The notes under the pieces were generated by a model, which made no database searches, was not told where the DNA came from, and was given only the letters and a program-made list of their open reading frames with translations. The position numbers were made by a program, and so were the translations under genes. DNA of 64,000 nt from Babesia bigemina (lineage: Eukaryota). Location: positions 3,348,001-3,412,000 of the forward strand of contig NC_027218.1 in NCBI RefSeq assembly GCF_000981445.1. Direction: 5' to 3'. Below, piece after piece: positions 31,565 to 43,900 of this stretch; the stretch's first letter is position 1; each line of letters begins with the position of its first letter.

Positions 31565-33006
31565 TCCCAGTTCACTCAACCTGCAAACATATCAATCACT
31601 CAAGCAGCAGTCACCAACTGCAACACTACCACTGCCGCTCCCACTCCCCTCAACCTGCAAACATGTCAATCACCTAAGCAACGCACTCACCAACTGCAAC
31701 ACTACCACTGCCGCTCCCAGTCCCCTCAACCTGCAAACTATCAATCACTTAAGCAACGAAGTCACCAACTGCAACACTACCACTGCCGCTCCCAGTCCCC
31801 TCAACCTGCAAACTATCAATCACTTAAGCAACGAAGTCACCAACTGCAACACTACCACTGCCGCTCCCACTCCCCTCAACCTGCAAACATGTCAATCACC
31901 TAAGCAACGCACTCACCAACTGCAACACTACCACTGCCGCTCCCAGTCCCCTCAACCTGCAAACTATCAATCACTTAAGCAACGAAGTCACCAACTGCAA
32001 CACTACCACTGCCGCTCCCAGTCCCCTCAACCTGCAAACATGTCAATCACCTAAGCAACGCACTCACCAACTGCAACACTACCACTGCCGCTCCCAGTCC
32101 CCTCAACCTGCAAACTATCAATCACTTAAGCAACGAAGTCACCAACTGCAACACTACCACTGCCGCTCCCAGTCCCCTCAACCTGCAAACTATCAATCAC
32201 TTAAGCAACGAAGTCACCAACTGCAACACTACCACTGCCGCTCCCACTCCCCTCAACCTGCAAACATGTCAATCACCTAAGCAACGCACTCACCAACTGC
32301 AACACTACCACTGCCGCTCCCAGTCCCCTCAACCTGCAAACTATCAATCACTTAAGCAACGAAGTCACCAACTGCAACACTACCACTGCCGCTCCCAGTC
32401 CCCTCAACCTGCAAACTATCAATCACTTAAGCAACGAAGTCACCAACTGCAACACTACCACTGCCGCTCCCACTCCCCTCAACCTGCAAACATGTCAATC
32501 ACCTAAGCAACGCACTCACCAACTGCAACACTACCACTGCCGCTCCCACTCCCCTCAACCTGCAAACATGTCAATCACCTAAGCAACGCACTCACCAACT
32601 GCAACACTACCACTGCCGCTCCCAGTCCCCTCAACCTGCAAACTATCAATCACTTAAGCAACGAAGTCACCAACTGCAACACTACCACTGCCGCTCCCAG
32701 TCCCCTCAACCTGCAAACTATCAATCACCTAGCAACGCACTCACCAACTGCAACACGTACCACTGCCGCTCCCAGTCCCCTCAACCTGCAGACATATCAA
32801 TCGCTTAAGCAGAACTCACCGACTGCAACACTACCACTGCCGCTCCCACTCCCCTCAACCTGCGAACATATCAAGCACCTAGCAACGCACTCACCAACTG
32901 CAACACTACCACTGCCGCTCCCACTCCCCTCAACCTGCGAACATATCAAGCACCTAAGCAGCACTCACCAACTGCAACACGTACCACTGCCGCTCCCAGT
33001 CCCCTC
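31565..33006 (-). repeat. 75/76-bp intron + mini-exon array (~19 putative introns)
   Basis: Same unit as 9360-10022. Confidence 0.9.
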
Positions 33007-33519
33007 ATCAACCCTCACCCTCACCCCTGTATCCCCCCAGCCCAGGCCACCGACACCCACGCTGCCCGGGATACCACAGCTGCCCTGACGCGGCGCATGT
33101 GACTAGCACCAACTGTCACTATAAATTATTCATTATTCGCACCGCCATTAAAATTGCAGCGACCCGTGCGCTCAACTCCCACAGTGCAGCAGCACCGTGC
33201 TACGAGCCGCGGTATCGGCGCCATACTGGCGGAGCGTGTCGGCTACGTGCCTAAATGTGATATTAACAATCGCTACATTGACGCCTATAAATGCTGCTTA
33301 ACGAGACCAACGCAGATTACGCCACCCTGCCAGCGACTCGCAACACACGACTTAAGTCACCCGCCGCGGCCCTCACGACCGCCTACGTTAGCGACCAATC
33401 ACCCAGCCTCACGTGACACTCACTCAATGGGTAACGCAGACACCGCTCACTGTCAACGCACAGCTCAACGCACCAAACAATCAACGTGCTACAACACCCA
33501 CCAAATTACGGTACATCCG
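33007..33519. promoter_or_regulatory. Conserved ~500-bp non-coding block (copy 2)
   Basis: Similar to 21471-21974 and 48391-48909. Confidence 0.45.
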
Positions 33520-34065
33520 CCAGCTTAGCACCTAACCTGTGTGCCAGCTTAGCACTTTGCCTGGGTGCTAGCTTAACACTTAGCTTGTGTGCTAGCTTAG
33601 CACTTTGCCTGCGTGCTAGGTCAACACTTTGCCTGGTTGCTAGTTTCCCACTCTGCCTGGTTGCCAGCTTAGCACTTTGCCTGGTTGCCAGCTTAGCACT
33701 TAGCCTGCGTGCTAGGTCAACACTTTGCCTGTGTGCTAGGTCAACACTTTGCCTGGTTGCTAGGTCAACACTTTGCCTGCGTGCTAGCTTAGCACTTAGC
33801 CTGTGTGCTAGCTTAGCACTTTGCCTGGGTGCTAGCTTAGCACTTTGCCTGTGTGCTAGGTCAACACTTTGCCTGGTTGCAAGCTTAGCACTTTGCCTGG
33901 GTGCTAGCTTAGCACTTTGCCTGTGTGCTAGGTCAACACTTTGCCTGGTTGCTAGGTCACCACTTTGCCTGGGTGCCAGCTTAGCACTTTGCCTGGTTGC
34001 TAGGTTACCACTTTGCCTGGTTGCCAGCTTAGCACGTTGCCTGTGTGCTAGGTTGACACGTTGCT
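33520..34065. repeat. 24-bp tandem repeat
   Basis: Same unit as 21975-22626. Confidence 0.9.
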
Positions 34066-34208
34066 CTGTCGTCCACTCATCACCTCATTAGGTGCTATTT
34101 AGTTCACAGGTTGCCGCTAGAGTAATTCGAGACATTAGACTACGTTTGTTTGTTAGGTGAGTAGGTGAATTGTTACGTGAGTTGTGTGAATTACAAATGT
34201 GACGATGA

Positions 34209-37200
34209 TCACGGTTGCAGGTACGATATCTTGGCAAGCCTTCCGACTTGCGCTGGAGCCAACAATGATTGCGCCGTTATCTTGTGCGATGATGGTGATC
34301 TCAGGTGTGAGCGTATGTGGAGCACATCCAGTCTGCCAACCATTACGCAGATGAGGTAGAAGAGTGATAGTGACCAGAGCGCGACATTGAGCCATATAAA
34401 CGGCTGTCTGATGGTGAACATGAAATTATCAATGGCTTTGAAAAACTTCACAAGATGTGAGTCTTCTTCAAATGCCTCCGCGAATACATTACAGAAATCT
34501 CTGCACGTGCGTTTCGTTTGCGATTGTCTATTCCCGTTCAGCCTCTCTGGATCGCCGAGAACGAAGCCGTATTTTGCCAACGTCGGCAGCGTTGAATTGC
34601 ACTTTACAATGGATTTGCATTCGGCATCGTGATATCGTGGCGGATCTTTTTTGGATGTGGTTGGACACTCCTTGATGCACGCCTTTTTATGGCAATTCGA
34701 TCCCCTGGGACCGCATTTGGAATTGCACTCATCATACAATTTCTTCAGCAGATCGTAGAACGTCGCCGTCAGATAGACAATCCACGACAAATACTTATCG
34801 GCATGTTCCGACGAGAAAGTCTCGTAGATGGCGTGACCGATGGGACGCAGATAAGGACCGCATACGACGGAGTCCCGTGATAAGCATACGAGACTGCCCA
34901 GGCTACCATCGGAGTGGCCCTTCTTCAATGCTGAGTGGCTAGGGGTAAATAAGTGGTATACGTTCAACTTACCATAATCACGCCCGAAGTTAGCGGCCTC
35001 GACGGTATCACGGAAAGCAATGCTTTTATGCGCTTGACCATACATACCCCAGCGATCGGTGAGGTGATAGTAGAAGCTGAACATGTCCGCCAGCGTTTTC
35101 GGCGCACTAGGCAAAAGGCAGTTGAGGTAACTGCACAGTCTAGTGAGGGGGGAGTTAGGACGGCCACAGTAAGCCTCAAGCACCTCGCGTATATTCCGGC
35201 CAATCATCGTATGCGACGCGGTGGCACCGATGTCAGCGAAGCCCATTGGAGTTCGGCACGGCATACCAGGTGTACTACCACACGTGCCACATGACAGACT
35301 GGATCCCCTAGCTGCTACTGAATGCGGCAGGTGGCCTTTCAAACCGTCCTCCAAGAACGACTGCAGTGGCGACTTGACGCCGCAGTTGGGATACTGCTCA
35401 CCCCTTTGGTTGCCACTTTGGTTGTGCTTTTCATTGCAGTCTTGCTTAGGGCACTGCTTCGTGTTGCACTGCCAGCCCGACCCACCAATGTACCTGCCGT
35501 AGTGGCAGTCCCTCCAGCCGCTGAGCTGAGTTGTAAGTTGACACTGCTGCAGCAGGAAGTATAGCTGGTGGTAGAGGCGCTTGAGCAGGTCAAATAACGT
35601 GCACAGCAGCTGAATCATGCTGGTTGGGTAATCTAACTTGAGCGAGTTGTCGGAGAACTCACACGCGTAAATTCCGTCCTTGTGACCGTGGCCGAGAATT
35701 GTGGCAAGCACAGGATAGGATGCGGAGCATACGTCATGAAGTGCACTTTTCAAATGACCAGGTTGTATTGTAGTTGTGCCAACTAAGGTAAGTTGGTCTT
35801 CCGGAATGTTAGCATATGGCACGTCATTCAGTTGCTTCGGCTTCGCAAACAACTCTTTAAAGTAACTGCACAGTGTTCCGTATACTGGATTGAACTGCAG
35901 TCCCGTGAGCCATACCAGTTGTTCGTATACGCTGCAAGGTGGTCTAGTTTTCGGGTGGATTATCAAGTGGCAGACGTTGAAGTATTGTCCAAGGTAGGCA
36001 TAGAGTGTTTCGATTACACCATCCGCGGTAGCAATCTGCACGGTTGGCGCATATGAATCCGCACTATGGAGAGCTGAAATGTCAGCAATCTCTGTGGCGG
36101 CAAACAGAATATGCACTCCTCTGGTGAGGTGACCAAGAATACGGGCACCGTTGCAGTCGCTCTTATGATTCAGCTCGCCGTAGGGGATTGCGGCGTCCGA
36201 TCTAACGTCATAGCCATGCTCACAGAAGAATAATTTGTGTAAACTAGAGGCGGTGTTTTTAGGATTGTAGATGGTATATGCCTTCCATGAATTTTCGGAT
36301 TTCTCAAGCTCATCTTTAAGTTCCTCCAACGTGTTGTGTAAGATGGGCGTAACAGTCAAAGCGATTTTCGCGTACTTTTCTTGCTCCTCAGCTGTGGCGG
36401 TTTTCCAATCAATGGTCCTCAGAGAATATGTTGATATGTACGATTTTTGAAGTTCCTCGACTAGAGCAGTAAAGCCTTCTTTGAGGGCCCCGAGAATCCA
36501 GTCAGAAGAGGTACAAGTTCTATGGGAAGTTAATGTGACGAGTGTCACTTTTAATTTGTCTAAGTTATCAGAGAAGACAGAATCAAAATGCTGTGAAGTG
36601 TCCAGTCCAGTGAGCAATGTGCGCAGAGCGTCATGTGAAGCCTGAGTTTTTTCGAAGTCAGTGGTGAACTCCGGCTTTTTCTTTAGATTTTCAAACACAC
36701 GTTTCATACCTCCATAAAACTTTACTGCCGCCTGGCTGAGTGGAGATTTGCCGTCGGTGGAGGATTTAGCCGCGATGCTCTTAATAGCTGGAAGTGCTTT
36801 TTCCTGCGTAATGAAGTGAGTCTGCAAAATGCTCATGAAACCTTTTAGTCCAATCTTCAGATCATGTTCAATCTCCAACGGCAAGCTTTTCAGCTCCTTC
36901 TCAACCGCGACGGCGAACGCCATCAGGAAGCCTTTGACGGAGGTTACATACTGCTTCTGCGCCTGGGTGGTGAGTTTCCTTTTTGTTTCATCAACGCTGG
37001 AGTCAACAAATTTATGAATCCCCGTGACGATTTGCAGTTTGATACTGGTGACTTCTTTTTGGATGAAATCCTGAGCCTTCTGTATCGGTCCCTTCATCAG
37101 GCTACTCCGAAGCTCACTGAGGTCGCTGTGAATCTTGTTGAGTCCCTTTTGTTTCTTGCCTTTGATGTCGACCAAATTATTATTATTTATCAAATCACGG

Positions 37201-39353
37201 AGCTCTTTCAGTTTGGTTGTCACGCCATCCGGATGCTCATCGCTTGCCGCGTTCTTAATTTCTATGCACAGGGCAGCGATATGAGACGTTACTTCCTGGG
37301 ATTTGTTGAAGAGCTCAGTTTGTGATTTATTTGCAGCGTCGACGAGATCGTTAACGTCATTCTGTATACGGTTAAGCTTATTAATAACGGGTTCTTGTAG
37401 GTCTCTTTCAAGCTCTGTCGTGAACTTATGGGTACCATGCTTGAAGGCTTCCTGCGCAAACGTGTCGATATATGGATTTGCCTGGTTCTTTACCTTACCA
37501 CTCAACCCGTCGTAGATTATGTATCCCACTTTACCATTTCTGGTGTTGGTATCCTTGACATCATTTTCAATTTTGCTGCTGAGGTTCTGAATCGCTTTTA
37601 CGGCTTCCGGTAAGTTGGTGCTAATTGTTGACTGCTTAAGGAAGGAAATAATTTCTTCTGCGTAATGTTTGCAAATTCCAGCAAGGACAGGCAGTATAGC
37701 ATTTAGAGCGGATTTAAGAGATTGTTCTTTGCCAGTGTGAGTGAAAACAGACTGCGAACGTTTCAAATGTGCCTCTACTTTACCGGCAAAATCGTCCGCC
37801 TTCGTTCTTAGATCACTCTCAAGTTGACTTGCAAATTTCTCAAATTGTACGGCAATGTTTGCTACCGTTGCTGTTTTTAGTGTTGTCGCTGCAATGCCAG
37901 CCACAGAGGCTTTGAAAACTTCTGGGAACGTTTCGCTAATAGCCGTATTCACCAAGCTAACTCTATCAGACAAACGTCCAGTTCCACCATTAAATTGCGC
38001 ACTGTTCGCTTCCGCATACCATATAATGTATCTGTTCACTTTAACATCTTTCAAAATATCGGTTGCCCACTGTTTCAAAACTTTATCCAATTTCCCAGTT
38101 TCTACCTCCCTGGCATATGCCTCTACGCCCTGTACAATCAAGTCAAGGTAGCCTCGTTTAATGGGTTTGGAGCTTGCTGTATGTCCAGCTATCTCATCCG
38201 TATGCACTTTTAGGGCATCCCTAATCTGTCCTCCCAATTCGTCCTCGACATAACCCTTCAATTTTGCGTTGATACCCTCCTTGAGTCTTTTAATATTCTC
38301 TTGCAACGCATTCTTTATATCTTTCACACCGCTGTTAACCTGTGTCTCAACATCCGTATGAATAGTCCTTAGCTTTCCTAACACTCCACCCTCGTTACCT
38401 TGACCAGTTCCTTTCTCTCCCTTTATCACCTTGAAAACACCATCGTACTTTTTATTCAAGTCATCGAATTGTTTGAACAATACTTCTGCTTCTGCAGTAA
38501 TCAACGTCGCGGCGGTCTCAATCTGATTCCTATTCGACCCTTTTGTTTCCTGTAGTATAATCTCAATTTTCTTTTCCGCCGCCTCAACAATGACGTTAGC
38601 GTTATCAATCCACTGTCCGAGCTCCGCGACGTATTGTTGCAGCGTATTATTAATACTATTTAGCAACTTCAGTATCTCTTGAACTTTCCCCTTCAAATAA
38701 TCGACAAGTTCCGTCACCTTATCGCTCACCTTACAATTAACTCCCTTTCCCAGCGCTTCCAGACACTCGCTAAGTCTCTCTCTCATCGCCTGCAAATCGC
38801 TTTTTTCCTTGTCTGACAAGGCCTTAAGCCGCTCGCTCTCATGCTTAACATTGCTAAGTGAATTCTTAACTCTAATAACTAAATTAGGATTTAGGTCATT
38901 GACAGCATTTAATATCGTTTTATTGTGTTTATCAAAATTAAAAGTGCCATTAAATTTCTCAGCACTCAGGTGGCAATGTCTAAGCTTCTCGTTAATCTGG
39001 TCTACAGCATGGGAAACGTCGGCGTTCATGGCGGCTGAGAGCGTTTCTTGCGGTAGTATCTCAGCTACACTACTCTTGAACTCTTCATTCACCTGCGAAA
39101 GTATGAGAGTCATCGGTTCACTCACCTTTTTATTAGACTGCTCCACTGCCTTATTATACCCCCGCACCCCTTTAACCACACTTCCAATCGCAACATTAAA
39201 ACCTTTTTTACCGCCGTGTTTATTTTGCTTAAGTGACGTAATTGCATTGTTTATTTGCTCTTTATGCTGCCCTAAATGGCCTTGGATGTTGCTGAGAACA
39301 CCACTCAAAAATCCCATCACCCCGTCGCACAGCCTGTCAAGGTCAGAGTACAC
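34209..39353 (-). CDS. Large ves/VESA-like variant surface antigen (class X tail); 5' end uncertain
   Basis: 1714-aa ORF paralogous to 22772..28447. The conserved upstream ATG (39596) is cut off by in-frame TAA at 39471-39473. First ATG in the ORF is at 39317. Confidence 0.82.
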   Translation of the reverse strand: MYSDLDRLCDGVMGFLSGVLSNIQGHLGQHKEQINNAITSLKQNKHGGKKGFNVAIGSVVKGVRGYNKAVEQSNKKVSEPMTLILSQVNEEFKSSVAEILPQETLSAAMNADVSHAVDQINEKLRHCHLSAEKFNGTFNFDKHNKTILNAVNDLNPNLVIRVKNSLSNVKHESERLKALSDKEKSDLQAMRERLSECLEALGKGVNCKVSDKVTELVDYLKGKVQEILKLLNSINNTLQQYVAELGQWIDNANVIVEAAEKKIEIILQETKGSNRNQIETAATLITAEAEVLFKQFDDLNKKYDGVFKVIKGEKGTGQGNEGGVLGKLRTIHTDVETQVNSGVKDIKNALQENIKRLKEGINAKLKGYVEDELGGQIRDALKVHTDEIAGHTASSKPIKRGYLDLIVQGVEAYAREVETGKLDKVLKQWATDILKDVKVNRYIIWYAEANSAQFNGGTGRLSDRVSLVNTAISETFPEVFKASVAGIAATTLKTATVANIAVQFEKFASQLESDLRTKADDFAGKVEAHLKRSQSVFTHTGKEQSLKSALNAILPVLAGICKHYAEEIISFLKQSTISTNLPEAVKAIQNLSSKIENDVKDTNTRNGKVGYIIYDGLSGKVKNQANPYIDTFAQEAFKHGTHKFTTELERDLQEPVINKLNRIQNDVNDLVDAANKSQTELFNKSQEVTSHIAALCIEIKNAASDEHPDGVTTKLKELRDLINNNNLVDIKGKKQKGLNKIHSDLSELRSSLMKGPIQKAQDFIQKEVTSIKLQIVTGIHKFVDSSVDETKRKLTTQAQKQYVTSVKGFLMAFAVAVEKELKSLPLEIEHDLKIGLKGFMSILQTHFITQEKALPAIKSIAAKSSTDGKSPLSQAAVKFYGGMKRVFENLKKKPEFTTDFEKTQASHDALRTLLTGLDTSQHFDSVFSDNLDKLKVTLVTLTSHRTCTSSDWILGALKEGFTALVEELQKSYISTYSLRTIDWKTATAEEQEKYAKIALTVTPILHNTLEELKDELEKSENSWKAYTIYNPKNTASSLHKLFFCEHGYDVRSDAAIPYGELNHKSDCNGARILGHLTRGVHILFAATEIADISALHSADSYAPTVQIATADGVIETLYAYLGQYFNVCHLIIHPKTRPPCSVYEQLVWLTGLQFNPVYGTLCSYFKELFAKPKQLNDVPYANIPEDQLTLVGTTTIQPGHLKSALHDVCSASYPVLATILGHGHKDGIYACEFSDNSLKLDYPTSMIQLLCTLFDLLKRLYHQLYFLLQQCQLTTQLSGWRDCHYGRYIGGSGWQCNTKQCPKQDCNEKHNQSGNQRGEQYPNCGVKSPLQSFLEDGLKGHLPHSVAARGSSLSCGTCGSTPGMPCRTPMGFADIGATASHTMIGRNIREVLEAYCGRPNSPLTRLCSYLNCLLPSAPKTLADMFSFYYHLTDRWGMYGQAHKSIAFRDTVEAANFGRDYGKLNVYHLFTPSHSALKKGHSDGSLGSLVCLSRDSVVCGPYLRPIGHAIYETFSSEHADKYLSWIVYLTATFYDLLKKLYDECNSKCGPRGSNCHKKACIKECPTTSKKDPPRYHDAECKSIVKCNSTLPTLAKYGFVLGDPERLNGNRQSQTKRTCRDFCNVFAEAFEEDSHLVKFFKAIDNFMFTIRQPFIWLNVALWSLSLFYLICVMVGRLDVLHIRSHLRSPSSHKITAQSLLAPAQVGRLAKISYLQP

Positions 39354-39624
39354 AATGCCACTGCCGTCGTAGCCTTTGGATTTCGGGTCGAAGCCGAGGA
39401 ATTTTTCGAGGCCAGTGCAAAGGTTAGTAAGGATGTTAGTAGGATTGTTATTTGAGGTGTTTTTAAGGTTTTAAATTTTGTCAAGTTTCCTGTCAAGCTC
39501 CCTAGGCGGCACATGGTCAGGGCAGTGGCAAGAGGTGGAAGAGGGGAAGTGAAGGGTGACAAGGCACAAGTTATTGCTATGGTTTATAGAGGTCATAGCG
39601 GTATTATGGCGAGGTGATTCAAGG

Positions 39625-40627
39625 GATGTAGAGTGGGTTAGGGAGCGATGTAGAGTGGATAAAGGGGCGATGTAGAGTGGATCAGGGAGCGATGTAGAGT
39701 GGATAGAGGAGCGATGTAGAGTGGGTTAGGGAGCGATGTAGAGTGGATAAAGGAGCGATGTAGAGTGGATAAAGGGGCGATGTAGAGTGGATAAAGGGGC
39801 GATGTAAGGTGGGTTAGGGAGCGATGTAGAGTGGATGAAGGGCCGATGTAGAGTGGGTTAAGGGGCGATGTAGAGTGGGTTAGGGAGCGATGTAGAGTGG
39901 GTTAAGGGGCGATGTGGAGTGGATAAAGGGGCGATGTAGAGTGGGTTAGGGAGCGATGTAGAGTGGATTAAGGGGCGATGTAGAGTGGATTAAGGGGCGA
40001 TGTAGAGTGGGTTAGGGAGCGATGTAGAGTGTTTAAGGGGCGATGTAGAGTGGATAAAGGGGCGATGTAGAGTGGGTTAAGGGGCGATGTAGAGTGGATG
40101 AAGGGCCGATGTAGAGTGGGTTAAGGGGCGATGTAGAGTGGGTTAGGGAACGATGTAGAGTGGGTAAAGGGGCGATGTACAGTGGGTTAGGGAGCGATGT
40201 AGAGTGGGTTAGGGAGCGATGCAGAGTGGATAAAGGGGCGATGTAGAGTGGGTTAGGGAGCGATGTAGAGTGGATAGAGGAGCGATGTAGAGTGGGTTAG
40301 GGAGCGATGTAGAGTGGATAAAGGAGCGATGTAGAGTGGATAAAGGGGCGATGTAGAGTGGATAAAGGGGCGATGTAAGGTGGGTTAGGGAGCGATGTAG
40401 AGTGGATGAAGGGCCGATGTAGAGTGGGTTAAGGGGCGATGTAGAGTGGATAAAGGGGCGATGTAGAGTGGATTAAGGGGCGATGTAGAGTGGATTAAGG
40501 GGCGATGTGGAGTGGGTAAAGGGGCGATGTAGAGTGGGTTAAGGGGCGATGTAGAGTGGGTTAGGGAGCGATGTAGAGTGGATTAAGGGGCGATGTAGAG
40601 TGGGTTAGGGAGCGATGTAGAGTGGAT
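39625..40627 (+). repeat. 22-bp G-rich satellite, ~1.0 kb
   Basis: Direct reading. Confidence 0.95.
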
Positions 40628-40644
40628 GATAATCACTACTCTGG

Positions 40645-40800
40645 TCACCATGTCATCGCTGCCGTGACCATGTCATCGCTGCCGTGACCGTGTCATCGCT
40701 GCCGTTACCATCAACTTGGTCAGGTGGTTGGTCATGGCATTGGTCAACACGTTGGTCACCACCTTGGTCAGCACTTTGGTCAGCACTTTGGTCAGCTCTT
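40645..40800. repeat. 20-bp then 12-bp repeats
   Basis: Direct reading. Confidence 0.8.
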
Positions 40801-40959
40801 TGATAAGGTGCTAGGTCAGGTAGTTGATCAGCACATTAGTTAACTATTACACAATCACATACAACGATTAATGAGTGATACAACAGATTAAAGTACAATT
40901 CATTGGTTAGGTGAGTAGGTGATGCTAGGTGAGCGTAGATAGTAAACACGTGAATACGA

Positions 40960-43900
40960 TTACGGTTGCAGGTAAAACACCCTGTTAAGCTTGTTAACAC
41001 GTCCAGCAGCAAGGAGTGATTGGGCAGCTATACGATGCGATGATGGACTATGTAAATGCGATTTGATGTGGAGCAGGTCTAAGCGGATGACCATGATGTG
41101 GAGGAGGTACAATAAAGAGAGGAGCCAGAGCGCGACGTTGAGCCAGATGAAGGGGGCGCGGATTTGGAAGAGCAAGTCGTCGCACTTGTTGAAGAGCACA
41201 GTGAAGTATTTGGATTTGATGACTCTACTGAATTGCTTCTGGAAATTGTAACATACTTTCTTCGCGTTGGACGAATTCAACTTGGCTGCGTCACCGAGTC
41301 TGAAACCAAAGCGGTACAAGGTAGGAGATACACCCTTGCATGACACTATAGATGAACATGAACATGACGATCTTTCGTGGCCATGTTTCCCGCGTTTACA
41401 TTTGCTTGCTTGCATACATGAATGGCAGCCCCAATCTTGACAGAAAATGTTGCAAAATTCGTTGTATAGATTTTCAAGCAAATGCCAGAAATTCCATGGC
41501 GAGTAGACAGCCCATGATAGGTAGAGATCAGCGTGTTTGTGCGGGAGGTATGAATAGGCATCGGACCACAATGTAGAAATATACGGTGCACAGTCTATCC
41601 TTTTATTTTTACCATAACATACAGCGGAACTAGATAAGGTGATGAGGTGAGAATCCTCGCAGTCCTTGTGATGAGCATCAGTGGACCCGTATGCGTCAGT
41701 TAAGGCGTCCGTTATATCTGCGGCGTTAGGGACGAGATTGATGGACACGCTACGAATGGATGATTCGATGACTGTTTTAATTGGGTGTTCGGCGCCGTGC
41801 TTCCATCCACCGACAAGTGACAGCGCAAAACCAAAGAGTTCGGGCAGAGTAGACGGTGGCCTAGGAGCTAGGGCGAGCAGCGTTGTTAGATGGCGGATGT
41901 CGAAGAATATCTGAAGGATGTCACCTAGGTCGCTACCTTTTTTCATTGACCCAGAAAAGCCTCTAAAGCCAAGCGGGGTCAAACAGGGCATCCCAGGGAC
42001 GTTCCTAGGACAGGTGGAGCATTTGGATTTGCATCCCGTAGAACTAACCTGATGTGGCATATGCCCCGGAAGGCAATCATTTAAGTAACTCATTAGTGGC
42101 GATTTTGGTTGGCACTTTGGTTCCATTTTTGGTTGGTCATTTGGTTGACTCTTTGGTTCGTTGGTTGAGTGGTCCTCAGAGGGCCAATTCGCAGGCGACA
42201 CGGACTTGCCATAGGCGCAGTCAGCCCAGCCACCGTGCTTAGTTGCCACCTTACACTGTACACGTATGTATTGCAACGCAGGGAACAATCTACGAAGCAA
42301 ATCAAGGATCATGTGGAGGCAGTCATCGCCGCTTTGCGGGTAGTACAGGCCTAGCGTGTTGTTCGAGTAGTCGCAACCGTACATAGTGTACTCGTCACCT
42401 GTTCCCACTACTGTTGCCATGATGTCATATGACGTGGAGCAAATATCGGTGAGCGCTGCGACTATAGCATTGTAGGTGATGTCGTGTGGATACGCTTGCA
42501 GATACAACGACTTGTGGTCGACGATTTCAATTTCGAAGCCTTCCTCATCATCCTTGTCCGGCTTGTTGGGATTTTCCAGATATTCATACAACGTTTCACT
42601 GATAAGCTCAGTGTGAACCGAATTATACGGCAGACCGCAGAACCATCCGAGCATCTCAAATATGCTACACGGCGTTCTTGGTTTGGCGACCGGTGTTGTA
42701 TGGCATACTGCGTTGTACTCGTCTACATGCTTGAACACGCAGTCTAAGACGTCCATGGTATTGAATTTCTCCGTATTTCTAGTGACGCACTTCGGGGAAT
42801 GGGCGATCTGTTCGCTAAGCTGAATTTGTCTCTGAAGCAGTCTCACAATTTTCTCACCCCTCATGTCGTCCGAATTTTGTAAATGACCATCCTGGGCAGA
42901 TTTGTCAGTTGCAACACCGTAGCCCATCCTTTTCAACAAAACACCCGGACCGGATGTGGCGTGAATTTTGCTCGCAGGGTAGTTGCTTGCGCACTGAGCT
43001 CTCAGGTGAGTCAATTCGCCAAAAAGCGTGGGAGCGATTGTCAAGAAGACTTTGGCGCAGTTTTTGCTCTCCTCGGTTTGTGCAGTGGTCAGATGCGCTT
43101 CCCAACTGATTTGCTTGGCACCCGAGTACCTGCTCACATAAGCTTTGTCAAGTTGGTCAACAAATTTGCCGAACCCTTGCTTCAGCGGCGTCAACACTTT
43201 TTTGGGTGCGCCGTCCATGGTTTCGGGATGGAATACGGAGAGGACATTACTGAAGGCGTCGAGCTTTTTGGTGACGTCGGTGTGGAAGTGTTTTTCTTCA
43301 AACATTTTATCGAACAGATATTTCGACGCGAAATAGATTGTATTAATGGCATCAGCGGACTCTTTCAGGTCTGCTTGATTCATCAATTCATGAAAGAAAA
43401 GTTTGAATACGTCTAATAGTTTGTACACTAGTTCGTTCATGATAGTCATGTCACTGAAGCTTCGGGATTTTAACGCAATATTCAAAATTCTCATTAAACC
43501 TTTCACACCGGTCATCTTATCCGTATATATGATATGCTCTATAGTGCTCTTCTGTTTCTCAACAAAGGATTGAAGGCCTTTTAGCTCCGCCACTTTGGAA
43601 GCGTGGTATGTTTCGCGGGCGGTTTCATAGACCGTGTAAGAAACTTTGTTGATCTCTAATTCTAATTTCCTCGCAATTTCGGCGATGTCTTTTATAGCAT
43701 TTTGCTTGGCAACTTTAAAATGACGTTGGACGTTACGCATATTACTAGATACGTTGGCACTTTGCATATCTATGACGTGTTGATGAATGGTATTAAGTCT
43801 TAATTTTATGCCGCTTATAAGACCATTAATTTTCGGTAGTCCCTTGTTTTTTTCTTTGAGAGCAGTGGACTCTTTCAAAATGTCTGATATAACAGTACCG

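Noticed and set aside
31565..33006. CRISPR-like regular repeat array
   Set aside because: The intervening segments are not unique spacers, there are no cas genes, and the context is eukaryotic. An intron/exon reading fits better.
39420..39445. Two TACTAAC branch-point matches on the minus strand that might splice out the premature stop
   Set aside because: They are explained by Pro-Thr-Asn / Leu-Thr-Asn codons, and no frame-restoring donor/acceptor pair was evident.
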